Assembly: GCF_947568905.1 (NCBI RefSeq) | Contig: NC_079170.1 | Coordinates: forward strand, 85,870,001 to 85,934,000 | DNA from: Ostrea edulis | Taxonomy: Eukaryota | Direction of reading: 5' to 3' | Length of the DNA stretch: 64,000 bases | Shown: piece by piece, positions 12,094 to 25,870 of the stretch | How positions within the stretch are numbered: the stretch's first letter is position 1 | Layout of the letters: each line of letters starts with the position of its first letter | The notes under the pieces: model-generated | What the model was told of the DNA's origin: nothing | Seen by the model: the letters and a program-made list of their open reading frames with translations, nothing else | The model's database searches: none | Position numbers and translations under genes: made by a program

Positions 12094-13200
12094 ACATTTT
12101 TTTAACCTTATAATTATATTGTGATGATGTTATGTTCACAGTTTTGTGTTCAATTAAAGATAATATTAGATGGAAAATGATTTTAATAAATGTAGTAAAG
12201 AAATATATAAACAATGTAGACAGATGGAAAATACCCCAGTTTCCATTGTCTCAATACCCCCCCCCCCCCCTCCTCCAGAGGTTTGCTCTCATAAAAAAAA
12301 AAAAAATGTTACAGAAGATATGGTCGTGTAAAACAGTATTACTATCTATGAAAAAATTCCTTTCTACCCAATTTTCTTGTCTCCACTGATAAGGGAACAG
12401 AAGTAATAATTGCAATACCAGTGCACTGAAACTTATTTTCTTACTTTTATTTTGACCATTATAGTAAAAAATATTTACACTCGCAAATGTTTTGTCAGTA
12501 ATCATGGTAATACGTCTTGGATATTTCACTGTTTGTAATTCTCAAATATAAAAGTGCACCACATATCGACTTTGCCACCTATTGGCATGTATATGGTATA
12601 TATTTCCATATGAAATGTTTTTGACCAATTTTGTAAGGCTAAACGAAAAATTATTTGTTTTTCATACCAAGTAATACCGTATTTCTCAATCATATCTTCT
12701 TCCGTAGCATTTCTTGTTTTCACTTAAAAAAAATAATAAAGCGGTAGATATTCTTCATGCTGGGTGACATACAGAAAGTTAAGAGTCGGTGCACGTCAAT
12801 GCATGATGCACTTTCGTTGCATGGCACAAACAGTTGTCCTTCATACGGGTCACGGTAAAAAAAAAAACATCTGGGGAGCGGACAGTGACACATATGAGGG
12901 ATAATTTTTACACGAATTTGTAGTACATGTATAGGGACTGTTTGAGGTGGTGAGCAGGCAGAATACAGGGAATTACAAAGAAAATGAAGTTCGAAGCGAG
13001 AGAGGGGCCCCACACCATGCATGTCTACCCTAGTAAAAATATAGCAGGTACTGTTTACAACTTTTTTAACGGGAGCAAGCCCCTGTGGGAGATATAAAAA
13101 CCATGAAAACTGATATAATTTCCATCTGTCTACGTTGTTTTTAATTTTGGATCACTTTCCATTTAATATCATCTTTAAATGAGCCCAAACTGTAAACATA

Positions 13201-14896
13201 CGAAGGCTGTTCGATATGTAATGTGTATTGTATGATATCTCAAAAGCATTCGACTCAAATAGTGAAATGAACATTACATCCCTTCAAAGTATTCTCTGCG
13301 GTTTGAAATATATAACTTCAATCTCTGAATCCATTTCTGAAATGTGTCATGGTACGCTGATTTAGGTAGACCTCAATCTGACTAAAGAACAGACCTCTGA
13401 GGCACGGCCTGATGGCTGAGCCAAGGGCTTGTCGGGACTTGTAACGACGACCAGATAAGAACTTTTGGAAAAAGGAAAAAGTCGCATGGGGCTAGATCTG
13501 GAGAGTATGGTGGGTGTGGCAGTATGATAATATTTCTTATGCTTTTTTAGTATAACATCTCGGTAATACTGACCTGTAACACTTTTGCCCTTCGCCACCG
13601 GAATTTGTACGGCTATACCATTACATGAAAAGAATATGCAATAAAGAACCTTCTTTGTGTTTATGGTTCTTTTGGCAACTACAGGTATTCTACCGTGTTT
13701 AGTTAGTCATACTTTGTTTCCAATTTTTCTTACTGGTTCGAAATAGCGAACCCAGGATTCGTCACCAGTAACAATGTGTGCAAATTGTCTTTGATTGAAT
13801 TTGGGAAACATTTGGAGCAATTGCTTAGCGGTTTGTACTCGTACCTGTTTTGGGTCATCTGTCCAGCGTTTTCCCCCCTTATATAATGCCAAAAACCGTT
13901 GATTTTTCCCAATTTTGAGACAAAAAATTCCCAATTCACTTGCCGAAAAATAGACAGCTGACATCGTAATTTACTTAGTCTGAAACGTTGAACGGTTTAA
14001 CTAAAATGTTCACTTCCGGTATTAAATTGAAAGTACAGATCATGGCAGTGGACATGTTGTGGAGCTACGACAATTCTAAAACGAGCCTACGACGATTCCT
14101 TATGTTTCACAACAGGAAATATTACCGTAAAAAGTTTGTAAAGAGATGAATACTTCTTGATATTTTCTTTTCTTTTACTTGAAATCATTTGCAGATATAC
14201 TGGTAGAAAATTCCCAATTTGTTCAATTTTGATGCTATTTTTCCCAATTGAATGGGTACCGGTACCAGTACCAATAGGTAGAGGAAAAAAAACCCAAAAA
14301 CGCTGCTGTTAATAGATGCAGCATCCATCTGGCAGAAATCCTTCGTATTTTCAAAATACGCTTCAAAATGAAATGCACCCGCGATAGTGATATGCCAACA
14401 GCTTTGGCAATATATCATGAATCATGTATCTGCCATCACTTTCAATTATTACCCAACTTTTGAGACATTCGCCTTGCCTGTTACAGTCACATGTCAGCCA
14501 AATTTTGCTTCATCTTTGACAGACTCTGTGCCAGTCAGAAATTTCTTTCTCCACCAACGAACTGTCTCATAAGATACCTTATCAGACCCATAACTTCCAC
14601 AAATTCAGTAAAAATCTGCATTACTGAATGACCACGTTTTGTGTGAACTTTTATATAAGCTCTAATTTCTTTAAATATTTTCAACCTGTTTCTCACCCAT
14701 TTTTACATCAGTGGTCAACGACTGGCTCTATTGAAATGACTTTATAAAGTTCAAAACTATGAGGAGCTGAAGGCTTGTGTTTATACCGTTGGAAAGGTAT
14801 TGAATGGAGCTATTCAATAGTACCATCATCAACGAAATCGTGCAAAGCGTTATCACGATGTGTTACAATACACATTACATATCGAACAAGCCCTCT
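13201..14896 (-). mobile_element. Mariner (Mos1-like) transposon, pseudogenised and split by an insertion at about 13870-14370
   Basis: TIRs TA|CGAAGGCTGTTCGATATGTAATGTGTATTG at both ends. HTH remnant at 14380-14640 (VSYETVRWWRKKF), IVTGDESWV motif near 13760-13780, YSPDLAPCDFFLFPK near 13460-13505, C-terminal EYFEGM* with stop at 13274. Confidence 0.9.
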
Positions 14897-15782
14897 TATC
14901 TCATCACAACAGGTTGGGAACACTTCCAGGCAACGAAATTGAGGGGAAATACTCGCTAAATGCGAGTTAAAAATTGAAACTGCGTTTGAAAAATCACAAG
15001 TGATCGCAGCTTTTTGCGAGTGAAAAAAAAAAAGGATATTTTTTACGGATTTCCTTGATTTATTGGCTGTACTTTGAAGTTTACAATAATTTTCTTGCGC
15101 ATAGAAATGCTTTACAGAATGAATATACATGTATTGAAAAAGTAAATGTGGATCGAATAAATAACTAAGGCCAAGGTCATCTCAGTCAGTGATGTCGAAG
15201 ATGGCCTACTTCATGCACACTTTGGGCGTTTCAGAGATGTCTGATTTAAATAGCAAACATGTTGATCTCGTCCGTGTTTACATGAAACAACACATGAAAG
15301 TGTTAGTGGCACACTTCATGCAGTGTCCTTCTGTAGTCTATAGTCAAACACTTAGAGTTCGCGTTTTTTTTCTCAACTAGAATTTTTTAGATGAAATTTC
15401 CAAAAGTTTTGAACATATAGTTTGAATTGCCGCAAACAGTCTTCAAGATTTCAAACCACATGATGTTGTAAATAGGTGGTAGATCTCTGGACAGCGAGTT
15501 TGCCGCACAAGTGTGCTCTATGACCCTCATCATGCACCAATGATACATGTATGTTGTCTGATAATTCATTAAATTTTAAATGAAAGAATTCTCAATATTA
15601 TTTTTATTATTGCACTTTAAAGATTTTCCCTATATTTTGATATAGATACATGCTTGTTTTCTTAAATTCCTGTAAAACAGCAATCAATTAAAAAATGCTA
15701 GTAAAAGCTCAATTTTGCTAGTTGGAAAATAATCCACTAGCTAAAATTTGCTAGTAGTGAAAAAAGTTAATTTCGATCCCTG

Positions 15783-16473
15783 ACTTCCCCTATAGCGAGA
15801 TATTATCCCTACAATGCGATTATCCCTCTTTAACGAGAGAGTAAACATGACCATAAACAGGTGTTTTGGCGTCTTTATTGAAAATAATGGCAATTAAATC
15901 CCGTGCAACGCTGAATAAGTGCGACACACACTCAACACGATGCAAATTGTTTCTATGAAATTGACAACATAATCAAGAAATTGCATATCAAAGTTGCTGC
16001 GGAAAAGGGAAGCAGTCTGAACTCCAATACACATCGTGAGTGTTTTTGTTTTGATTAATATATTTGCAGAAGTATCAGACATTTTAGCACCTTTTCTTCT
16101 TTTCATGTGAAACACGAAGAGATGTACTCCACGGGTGTTTTTCTCGGTTGTACGGGATATATTTACTCTCGCGGCATTATCATGTTATTTGATTCGCGAG
16201 AAAGTGTAAGAGTTATTTGCTCTTTAAATTTGGTTTATTCTGTTGAATTACTATAGGATTATGCAAATTTTCAAACATTTGCACATTGGCACAGGTGAAA
16301 GAAGTATAAATTAAAACAAACTTGTAGGCTGGTGGTGGGGGATGGTGGGGGACCTCTTAAATTACGGAATAAACAGTATATTAAAGATGTGCGAATCAAA
16401 TAACATGATTATGCCACTCTCGCTAGAGAGAGATAATCGCGTTTTTGCGAGAATATCTCGCTATAGGGGAAGT
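15783..16473. mobile_element. MITE with ACTTCCCCTATAGCGAGATATT TIRs
   Basis: Inverted repeats at 15783-15845 and 16415-16473. Confidence 0.7.
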
Positions 16474-16489
16474 GTTCGAGTCCCAACCT

Positions 16490-16640
16490 GTATAAAGTTT
16501 AAAACTATGAGCTGAAGGCTCGTGTTTATACCGTTGTAAAGGCATTGAATAGAGCTATTCAAGAGTATCATCATCCCCGAAATCGTGCAAAGCGTTACCG
16601 CGTTGTGTTACAATACACATTACATATCGAACAGTCCTCG
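16490..16640 (-). mobile_element. Second copy of the mariner 5' end/TIR
   Basis: Near-identical to 14742-14896; ends tcgaacagtcctcg|TA. Confidence 0.8.
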
Positions 16641-17566
16641 TATCACAATACGAAAGTACACAACATGAGGCTATAATTAAGTGAACGAAACAGGATACGG
16701 GATATTCATAAAACATATCACTTCAAACCATTAAACATCATCGCATTATTTCTGATGCATACAAACCTCAATCACATAAATATCAAACAGAATAGATCAT
16801 TGCAGAGCTATAGATTCAAAGAATACTTTCACAAACGTTGCATCAGCTCTCACCGGTAAAAACACGCGTACCGGAAGTAATCCTATTATAAATGTAGAAC
16901 CAACAACTTACTATTCCCGGTGGGAAATTTATGCGCTGTGATGAATCAAAAATAAATAAATAAATAGATAAATCACCATGAGGTGCAGATTTACAAATGA
17001 GTGATCTTTGAAACGGAGGGTGTTAGAACAAAGTCTAGAGCATATCATGCCATATGTATCATGCATGTTACTGAGGGACTGCTCGATGTTGAACCCCATT
17101 TCGATGTACACGTACAGTGTATAAACGATGTTGTGCATCAAAATTATATCACGGTCCTCCTGTTTTAAATTTTCAAAATAGATCGCCGAACACTGCGTCA
17201 AGAAGTTATTAGAAACTTTATACATATGTACCTTGACGTCATGTGCATGGTTGTGCATCCCACCGTAGTTACACACATCTATCTTGTCAGAATTGTTGGA
17301 GAATAATTAAGCCCTTCGCTCTCTATCGTTGAAGAAAATCTCCCGACATCCGGGATTATTCCACAAATCAACCTCTATGTAGAGACCTATACGTTGCCCC
17401 ATGTGATATAATTACTGCTTAATCGAACAAAATCATTCATTTTTAGTGTTGAAGAGAAAAAAAATTAAAGTAAGAAGAAGAAGATTATAATGTCCAAACG
17501 AAGAAATTTACCAGTAAAACTTTTAAAATCGTTCTAACAATGAATCAATTTGCATGAAGGGAAATA

Positions 17567-20399
17567 TGGCAAGCCCTTTTACTATTTATTCGAAAAATTA
17601 GATATCTCTTGAATTAAAGAGATATCTCTTATTTTAAAGAGATATATCTTTAAAATGAGAGATATCTCTTAATCTTAAGAGATATCTCTCTAAATAAGAG
17701 CTATCTCTTTCACTTAGAGAGATATCTCTTTCACTTAGAGAGATATATCTTTCACTTAGAGATATATATCTTTTACTTTTAAAGATATCTCTTACACTTA
17801 AAGAGATATCTTTCATTTTAAGAGATATCTCTTTCACTTAGAGAGATATCTCTTATACTTTAACATATATCTCTTTCACTTAGAGAGATATCTCTTTCAC
17901 TTAAAGAGATATCTCTTTTACTCTGAGAGATATCTCTTTTACTTTGAGAGATATCTCCTTCACTTAAAGAGATATCTCTCTAAGATTTCATAGAGAGATA
18001 TCTCTCAAAGTATAAGAGATATCTCTTTGATCGTTGAAAAAGAGATATCTCTCAAAGAGAAAGAGATATCTCTTTCCAATATTTTTATTAGTTTGAATGC
18101 TTACTCCTCCCTAAAACGGAAGCCCACCAAAGCAAATCTTACCATGATGGCTGGGGTGTTGCTAAAACGCGGAACGGAAAATGGAACGGAAGACGGAACG
18201 GAAAACGGAAAATATATTGTGCAATAATGTCATGAGCAGGTCAACATTTTGCAAAATCAAAAGGCTTATTTTGAACAAGGAATGCAGAAATTACAGAGAG
18301 AACAGGAACTCATCCTTAGAATCCACCATTTCATATTGATACCTCATACTAAAGCATTATTATGTATTTGAACAAGGTGTGTTTTGCGGATGAATGTACC
18401 AACAGGCGCTTGCTTAATATTTTGCATAGTAAGTTTTAATAAAAAATATCAAGCAAGCGTCTATTGGCACCATCTTTTTCCCCGGCTTTGTCACCCCCCC
18501 CCCCCCCCCCCCCAAATTTTGACAGTATGTTGTTTCACAAATGAAGAAAAAATAAATAAGGTAACATACTGAAAAAGACTTGAATTGTAAATCTATTACT
18601 TTATTCTGGCTGGTATGGTAAGAACATATTTTATGAGCCCATCCAATGAATAAAAGGTAGGTACACCCTCCCCTCCCCCGAAAACACCATTGTAAAAGAT
18701 AAAATAATTCTTTGAACAATTTTCCCTAAACATAGCCTTTTTAAATCGAACGTGTTTTTAATCGAACTACATATGTTTAAGATAACTGAATTTGAATTTA
18801 GTTCTACACCTGGTACAATATACATTTATGTATCAAATCAAATTTTAAAGCGAACGAGTCCGGTGAAGAAAAAAGTTTTGCCTCATTTGGGATGAATCTA
18901 TGTGAAAGTTCGTACATTTACCGATATCCTGCAGATTAGTGTTAAAACTTAAGAGATACAGCAGGAAAGAAAGATTGAAACAAAACCAATGTTAACTAGG
19001 GTGAAGTTTACGACCAATAGTAAGAGGAATTAACAGATTTATTTCATAATATATGAAGTAGCTAAAAAGCTAACACAGAATTTATCCTTGAATGGGATTA
19101 AAAGTCATTTCATTATTAATCCAAATGTTAAGCTATACAAGTATTTAGTTTAAAAATTAACTGCCAGAAGTTCTCCCTATTTAGGATTGGAGTGTTGCGG
19201 TTACAAAGTCTCCTGTTAGTTAAAAAATAATAAATCAGACAAAAGATGTTTAACTTGTTGACTAAATAAGATCATGAATTATTATTGTTTTATACACATC
19301 ACACTCCTTGTTGTAAGTACACACATACACGGTATTATGTGTAAATAAATGTACATGTGCGTTAATGACGTTTTGCCACCGGGGGGGGGGGGGGATAAAC
19401 CACGTGTCTTCTTTTCATTCTCTACCCATAGGTTAGGTGTCACTGCTCGCTAACACCTTTGTCATTGCCGAAATTTAGAAATTCTTGTAAAATGACTTGT
19501 AAATTCTTATACTAACGTTTAACAAAATTCGATTAACCAATTTATGATGCAAAATTTTATGATAAAGTTGTTTTATCGCTTGTAAACAATTCCCAAATTG
19601 TTGATTTTAATCAAAATGGACCCCCACCCCCGATTTTTACCGTTATCTTATCTACATTAATCATTCTAATTCTTTAATTCCGTTCCGTTTCGTTTTCCGT
19701 ACCGTTTCGTTTTCCGTTCCGCGTTTTAGCAACACCCTAATGGCTGCAATCCCGTGGGAAGATTTTTCTTTTTACCGCATGTGAAATGTATACATGTACA
19801 GATAACAAAAAAACAAAACAAAACAAAGACAATAAATTGATGAAATATGCGAGCTAGACTAGATTTCGCCTCTCGGCAACTTGACAATGTTACCCCAACC
19901 ACCTCTCCAACCTTTCCCGCCATTTGTAGGCTAGAAGTATTTTGCTTGGTTAAAAAATAAGGTTACATCATTTCAATGACACTGCAACAGGGAGAAGTCA
20001 TTATGATCACCGGGGGGGGGGGGGGGGGGATCTAAAGAGATATCTCTTTATAGTAAAGAGATATCTCTTTTTGAAAATTTAAAGAGATATCTCTCTAACT
20101 TAAAGAGATATCTCTTTTTACATCGATGGAGAGATATCTCTTTGCGTTTGGGAGATATCTCTTTCTCTCTGAGAGATATCTCAAAGAGAAAGATATATCT
20201 CCCAAGCGTAAAGAGATATGTCATTTGCTTAAAGAGATATCTCTTTTGTTTAAAGATATATCTCTTTAAACAAAAGAGATATCTCCCAAGCGTAAAAAGA
20301 TATCTCTCTAACTTACAGAGATATCTCTTTAACCAATAAATATATCTCTTATTTAAAGAGATATCTTATTTTATGAATAAATAGTAAAAGGGCTTGCCA
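17567..20399. mobile_element. Foldback-type DNA transposon with TA TSD and arms made of AGAGATATCTCT palindrome arrays
   Basis: TA|TGGCAAGCCCTTTTACTATTTATTC ... GAATAAATAGTAAAAGGGCTTGCCA|TA. Arrays at 17600-18075 and 20035-20370. Confidence 0.75.
18154..19737. mobile_element. Non-autonomous MULE-like element nested in the foldback element
   Basis: TIR GGGTGTTGCTAAAACGCGGAACGGAA. 9-bp TSD tgatggctg / taatggctg (one mismatch). Confidence 0.8.
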
Positions 20400-21260
20400 T
20401 AGAGAAAACTTAATTTCTACGATAGAAATTTTTTCCTGTTTGAACGAAGAATTTTTTTTTCACGTGGCTCTTCACAATCAGTATCGACTAAAACGAAACC
20501 AAACATAAAGAAAATTTATTAAAATCGAAATATGTTTACCGTATACTTTGTACGCATATTCTCTTGATATGTTTAGATTTGTCTGGTTTGAACTTAAGTT
20601 CAAATGAGTAAAAAGAAAATTATGTATTTACTTACAATTTAGATGTTTCGTTTATCTGATCGATCTGCTAGCTCAGAAACGGAGTACCTGTTCACTGCAC
20701 GTGGATCAGATTTTGAATTCAAGGTAGATAAGATTCCAGGACTGCAATGCATGCGCTCTGACCGCGATACCTGATTTTTTAAATGGATCGATATTGAGTT
20801 CTTTGGACTGTTCATAAAATATTGCAAAATGTGCATACATGTATGTTAATGGTAAATTGTAGGTGTAGGGAAATGCGCACTGATTGCTAAATCAGTTTGA
20901 AGACTTGGAAGATAATAAGCTTGTAAATGTCAGATTTGGATTACCCCTTGACACACTACCCATAGTTTTCTGCCTGAGAACACTGTTTCTCTAACGAATT
21001 TCCACTTTTTCGGCTACGTTTTAGTCGTAGTAGAAGTGGCATAAATCATTTGTGAACCTAAGTAAGCAGCCATGTCTTGATTTAGTGTCAAACAAACCAC
21101 GTGATAGTATTATTTTTATAAAAGCTAAATATAATGGTGGTTTTGAACATTTGTAGTTTTGATTAAAGTGATTTCTCTTGCTTCTGCAGTTTACAAATTC
21201 CACATGTACGAACATCATCTAGTATATCAAACGACCTATTTCAAAAATACTTCTAATCTT

Positions 21261-22146
21261 TGGAGCGCCAAATTATCATAAACTCAAATAATTGAAGATA
21301 TCATCAATTCAATTATTGCTCTCTTTAATTGAATTAATGCGCGCATTAAATCAATTATTGCTCTCATCAATTGAATGTGCGCTTCAATTCAATTATTGCT
21401 CTCATCAATTGAATTAATGCGCACATCAATTGAATTAATTAACGTTAACAAAACGCTGACATGTTTCAATTATTGTTCTCTTCAATTCATTTGATGAGAG
21501 CATCAATTTAGTAGAAATATTGCTCACAATAATTAATTTAGCGCTCGGTATAAATAATTTGATGATCTCTTTAATTCAATTGAAGATATCTTTAAATCAT
21601 TTACAATGCTTTTGTATAAGAAATTAATGCGCGCATCAATTCTTTTAAAGAGAGCAACAAATCAATTAAAGATATCATTAATTCAATTGTGGATATGTTG
21701 AACTGAAGATATCTTTAATTATATAGTTGCTCTCTCTAAAAGAATTATTGCTCTCTTCAAATGAATTAAAGATATCATTAATTCAATTGAAGAGAGCAAT
21801 ACTTGAATTAATGCGCTCATTAATTCAATTATTGCTCTCATCAATTGATTCAATGGGCGCATTATATCAATTATTGCTCTCTTGTAGCGCGCATCAATTC
21901 AATTGTTGATATCATTAATTCATTTGAAGATATCATTAATTCAATTAAAGCGCGCATCAATTCAGCTGAAGAATTAATGCTATCATCAATTCAATTAATG
22001 CGCGCAATAATTCAGAATTGAAGATATCATTAATTATTTGAAGAGATCTTTAATTCAATTGTTGCGCGCATCAAATGAATTGATGATATCTTCAAATAAT
22101 TGAAGATATCTTCAATTATTTAAGTTTATGTTAATTTGGCGCTGCA
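21261..22146. mobile_element. MITE with ~40-bp TIRs and internal palindrome-rich repeats (GATATC, ATGCGCGCAT, AATTGAATT)
   Basis: TGGAGCGCCAAATTATCATAAACTCAAATAATTGAAGATATC ... GATATCTTCAATTATTTAAGTTTATGTTAATTTGGCGCTGCA|TA. Confidence 0.85.
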
Positions 22147-22257
22147 TACTAATCTACATCATGTTGACTGTTTGCTATTTTGAAATAGCTCCACGTTTGT
22201 CATGCATTACATGTACATGTATTCCGATCCAGTCAGATCCAGTGTGGTAAAAGAAAG

Positions 22258-22550
22258 AAGGGCAGTGATCAATCTCATAGATTTTATAAAGAACAGTGGT
22301 AAATCTCATAAATCTTATAAAGAATTATACAAAATTGACAACAGGACAAACACGGACTCCTGGACATATTGTAGATGAGATCGGGTACCTAGGAGGAGTA
22401 AGCATCCCCTGTTGACCGGTCAAATCGCCGTGCTATCTTGATCAGGTAAACAGTAATCCGTAAATAAAATAAGTGTGTAAAGAACAGCTAAATAATTTGG
22501 TATGAAACATGTCAGACAGCATTCGTCCTAATGAAAAATTGTATTGGTAT
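22258..22550 (-). mobile_element. Degenerate Penelope-like element 3' end (pLTR)
   Basis: aggaggagtaagcatcccctgttgaccggtca and cagtgatcaatctcat motifs shared with the other copies. Confidence 0.7.
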
Positions 22551-22821
22551 AAGAGGATATAATTTGCGATATGCTGACTTTACACGAGACTGTTGAGCCC
22601 CCTGTAACATAATTTTAATTGTATCTCCAACAGAAAAGCACTTGTTAAGAGATGAGGTAGCAATATGTGGTTCACTCCATCATTTCCACTCCTTGATTCA
22701 AGAGAACCGTGAACAGAAATGGCAAAATTCAGAGGATTGTAGAATTCATGGATAGCCCTGCAGTGACAAAGTTCAAGAATAATGGATAGAGATTTTCTTC
22801 TAAACATCCTGGGAAAATCAA

Positions 22822-24787
22822 TCAGGTCATTCCTACCCAACCAGGGTAGATAAAATCTGAAATATCACCACCTCGAAATGCATGGGAAAAGTAAGACTTT
22901 GGTACAAAGATATGTTTATAATACACGACAATCCCCTTTGTCATCCATCCCGCCCACCAACCAAACGTTCCTGACGACATTATCACGTGATCACAGAGTG
23001 CCAGAATAGCCATGTCCATAAATGGTTGGTTTTCCTGCAGAAAAAAGACGTTCTCTTCCTTGTTGAGCTTTTGTCGTAACCAATCAATGTCATTGGAGGC
23101 GGCTATGAAGAATATTCGCTTTGTTGGAAATTTTTCCCTGAAATACCTCATTGCATTCAGATAGTAAGTTTCATTTGGAGTAATGTAGCCGTAATCCATG
23201 GCTGGTTTGGATAAATAATCGCCTCTTCTAGAATGTATCCCGACAACTACACCCGTTGAAGAGTCTCTGAATCCCATTTCATTCAAAATATTTGATAAGT
23301 TTTCGTTTGCTTCTTCTTCAATTTCAGTGTTGAACGTGAAGATCTTTCGGATTTCATCTTCGTGTTTTATCCAATATTTCCAGGATTGAAAATATCCAAG
23401 AAAATACACCTTCTTATTCGAGGACATTTTTAAAAATTTGTCGTCGTATGAACAAGACCACCGCTCCGCTTCCTGTGCCGCTTCCTGTGCTATTGTGTTG
23501 CATTCTGCTCTTCTACTGTTCTGTTCTTGAGATTCATAAACAGGTAAAGTAAAATACCTAGCCAATTCAAAATCATCTGGTAGTATAGGATATAAATTTT
23601 TGGTTTTAGACATCACGTGGAGAAAAGCATATTTGAACATGAGATTCCCTAATCTGCCATTGAATATCATGCATCCAACAGGCAGAGATCTTCCGGTTCT
23701 AACGTGTGTTTGTAGAGGTTTCGCGATCTGAGTCGTGGAAATGTTTATTAAGTTATAGCGGTGTTTGTTTTCACTTTCTTCTCGACGTTCGTTCAGAATT
23801 GTGGAGGACAAATGTGTTGTAATTTCACGACGTGGGCTGTCCTGTATAGCAGTATGTTCAATTTTGATCTGGTTCTGTCTCAAATAAATATTTTGTACCA
23901 GAAGAAAAGCTACGGTGACAAGGAACAACAAACAACCTGTAAAAATGAAACAACTTTTAAAACACGACGAACAAATATGACTCTGTTGAATACGGAATTT
24001 TACTATCTGATGATGAAATAATTTTAAAAAGGATTTTTAAGAATATATACAGGCCAAGAACCAGTAATAGAAAGGCATCTACAGATTTGTGTAAAATATT
24101 CCAGGTGTTTTCTTCAGTTTATACATTATTGCCATCCATAAAGTAAAGTGTCCCCGAATACAGATTGTAAAGTACTTATAAATTAAAATGATCCCAGTCA
24201 TTCCACGATATATATTGTAAAGGTAGAATATAAATTAAAATGATCCCAGTCATTCCATGATATATATTGTAAAGGAAGAGATATAAATTAAAATGATCCC
24301 AGTCATTCCATGGATATATTTCAAAGGTAGAATATCAATACGCCATTGTGCATTCCATCATTTGTTCCGTTGATGAAGATAATGAACAGTGTGCAATCAC
24401 ATAAATATTCACTTCAGGTAGCTAAAATTATTCTACTTTCTTTATTACCCCCACCCCACCCACCCCCCACCCCAACAAACCTTTGAAACGCATCGAACAA
24501 AACGTACAAGTTTGATAATCCATTACATTGTTTATAAGAATGCATTCTTTTGAGTGATAAGTCAACATTGCGATTTACTCATTCATTATCTACATAGGGC
24601 GAGATTATACATGTAACCACATCTGATAGCATAAATCTAAACCAACACCACTGTATATATCTAAGTATATGTACCACTAGTAACCGGTGTTTTACAATAA
24701 TAACAAATGATCCCGCCATCAGCTTATTACACCTGAGAAAAGATGAATTGACTTACCTAATTTAGACTTTGTTAAGTTACTCGTCAT
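22822..24787 (-). CDS. Galactoside alpha-1,2-fucosyltransferase-like (CAZy GT11), type II membrane protein
   Basis: Predicted exon 1 at 24757-24787 (MTSNLTKSKL, GTAAGT donor, phase 1) splices in frame to exon 2 at 22822-23936. TM segment CLLFLVTVAFLLV; GT11 motifs GRLGNLMFKYA, GYFQSWKY, HSRRGDY, SSGTFGWWAGW. Confidence 0.92.
24181..24335. repeat. 52-53-bp tandem repeat x3 in the fucosyltransferase intron
   Basis: aattaaaatgatcccagtcattcc at 24181, 24233 and 24286. Confidence 0.88.
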
Positions 24788-24935
24788 TTCTTCCTCCTAT
24801 GTTATTATCAGCTGATGACTTCCGCTCAGTGTCAACATTGATTTATCTATGTGGATTTGATAACGATGAAATAGATGAATGCAGCAATTCTGTTTCGGGA
24901 TAGTTCAATTGATAATACGATATGATATACAATTA

Positions 24936-25069
24936 TGGACTGTTTAGCAGGTAGACATCACAAATAATCCTGTCTTAGTATGCTTTTTACCCGAGGGTGT
25001 CAATGCGCCCGAGGGTGATAATCCTACTAAGACAGGATGATGTGTGATGTTTCTCTGCTAAACAGTCCA
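24936..25069. mobile_element. Short hairpin (palindromic) MITE-like element next to the assembly gap
   Basis: tggactgtttagcag...atcctgtcttagta is inverted as tactaagacaggat...ctgctaaacagtcca. Confidence 0.65.
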
Positions 25070-25072
25070 AAA

Positions 25073-25209
25073 NNNNNNNNNNNNNNNNNNNNNNNNNNNN
25101 NNNNNNNNNNNNNNNNNNNNNNNNNNNNNNNNNNNNNNNNNNNNNNNNNNNNNNNNNNNNNNNNNNNNNNNNNNNNNNNNNNNNNNNNNNNNNNNNNNNN
25201 NNNNNNNNN
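25073..25209. other. Assembly gap (137 N)
   Basis: Run of N. Confidence 1.
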
Positions 25210-25431
25210 ACACAAAAACACAACAACAACAAAAAAACCCACTATCAATATATTTTGACCTGTGTGATATTTATTATCTAAAACGTCAACAAACCGTAAT
25301 GACTCTTTCTCCAGAAAATTGAAATAAATTTTCAATTCTGTTCTAGAGGCGAAATCGTAGATAATAGAATGACGCAGAAACATAACGTCAAGCGTAAACG
25401 TTTCGTAATATATCTAATAAAACAAAACAGT

Positions 25432-25870
25432 ACAATGAAAGGCGAAGATAACGAACAGTGATCAATCTCATAGATCCCATAAGCAATACAAAATAGATAG
25501 TTGGGCAAACACGGACCCCTGGACACACCAGAGGTGGGAATCAGGTGCGTAGGAGGAGTAAGCATCCCCTGTCGACCGGTCACATCCACCGTGAGCCCTA
25601 TATCTTGATCAGGTATACGGAGTTATCCTTAGTCAAAATCAGTGTGCCAAGAACGGCCTAACAATCGACATGAAACACGTCAGACAGCATCTGACCCAAT
25701 GGTAGGTTGTATTGGCAAACTAGATCGTTATAACGACCATAAAATTTGCGAACTCTTGCGTATAGAATCAGTTGAGAGATATAAACACCATATGCAGGTG
25801 ATAATGGAATATTGCTACATAAATATGGGAAGTTGACGATGGAGAAGTTGAAATCATCCGTTTGTCATAA
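25432..25870 (-). mobile_element. Penelope-like element, RT C-terminal remnant plus 3' end
   Basis: Reverse complement of the 40516-41153 copy, with an internal deletion. Confidence 0.8.

Noticed and set aside
12251-13022. Cluster of short minus-strand ORFs with protein-like stretches
   Set aside because: I could not recognise any family or build a spliced frame, so it is left unannotated.
17634-22000. ORFs made of ERDISL/KRYL-type repeats
   Set aside because: Translations of palindrome arrays in MITE arms.
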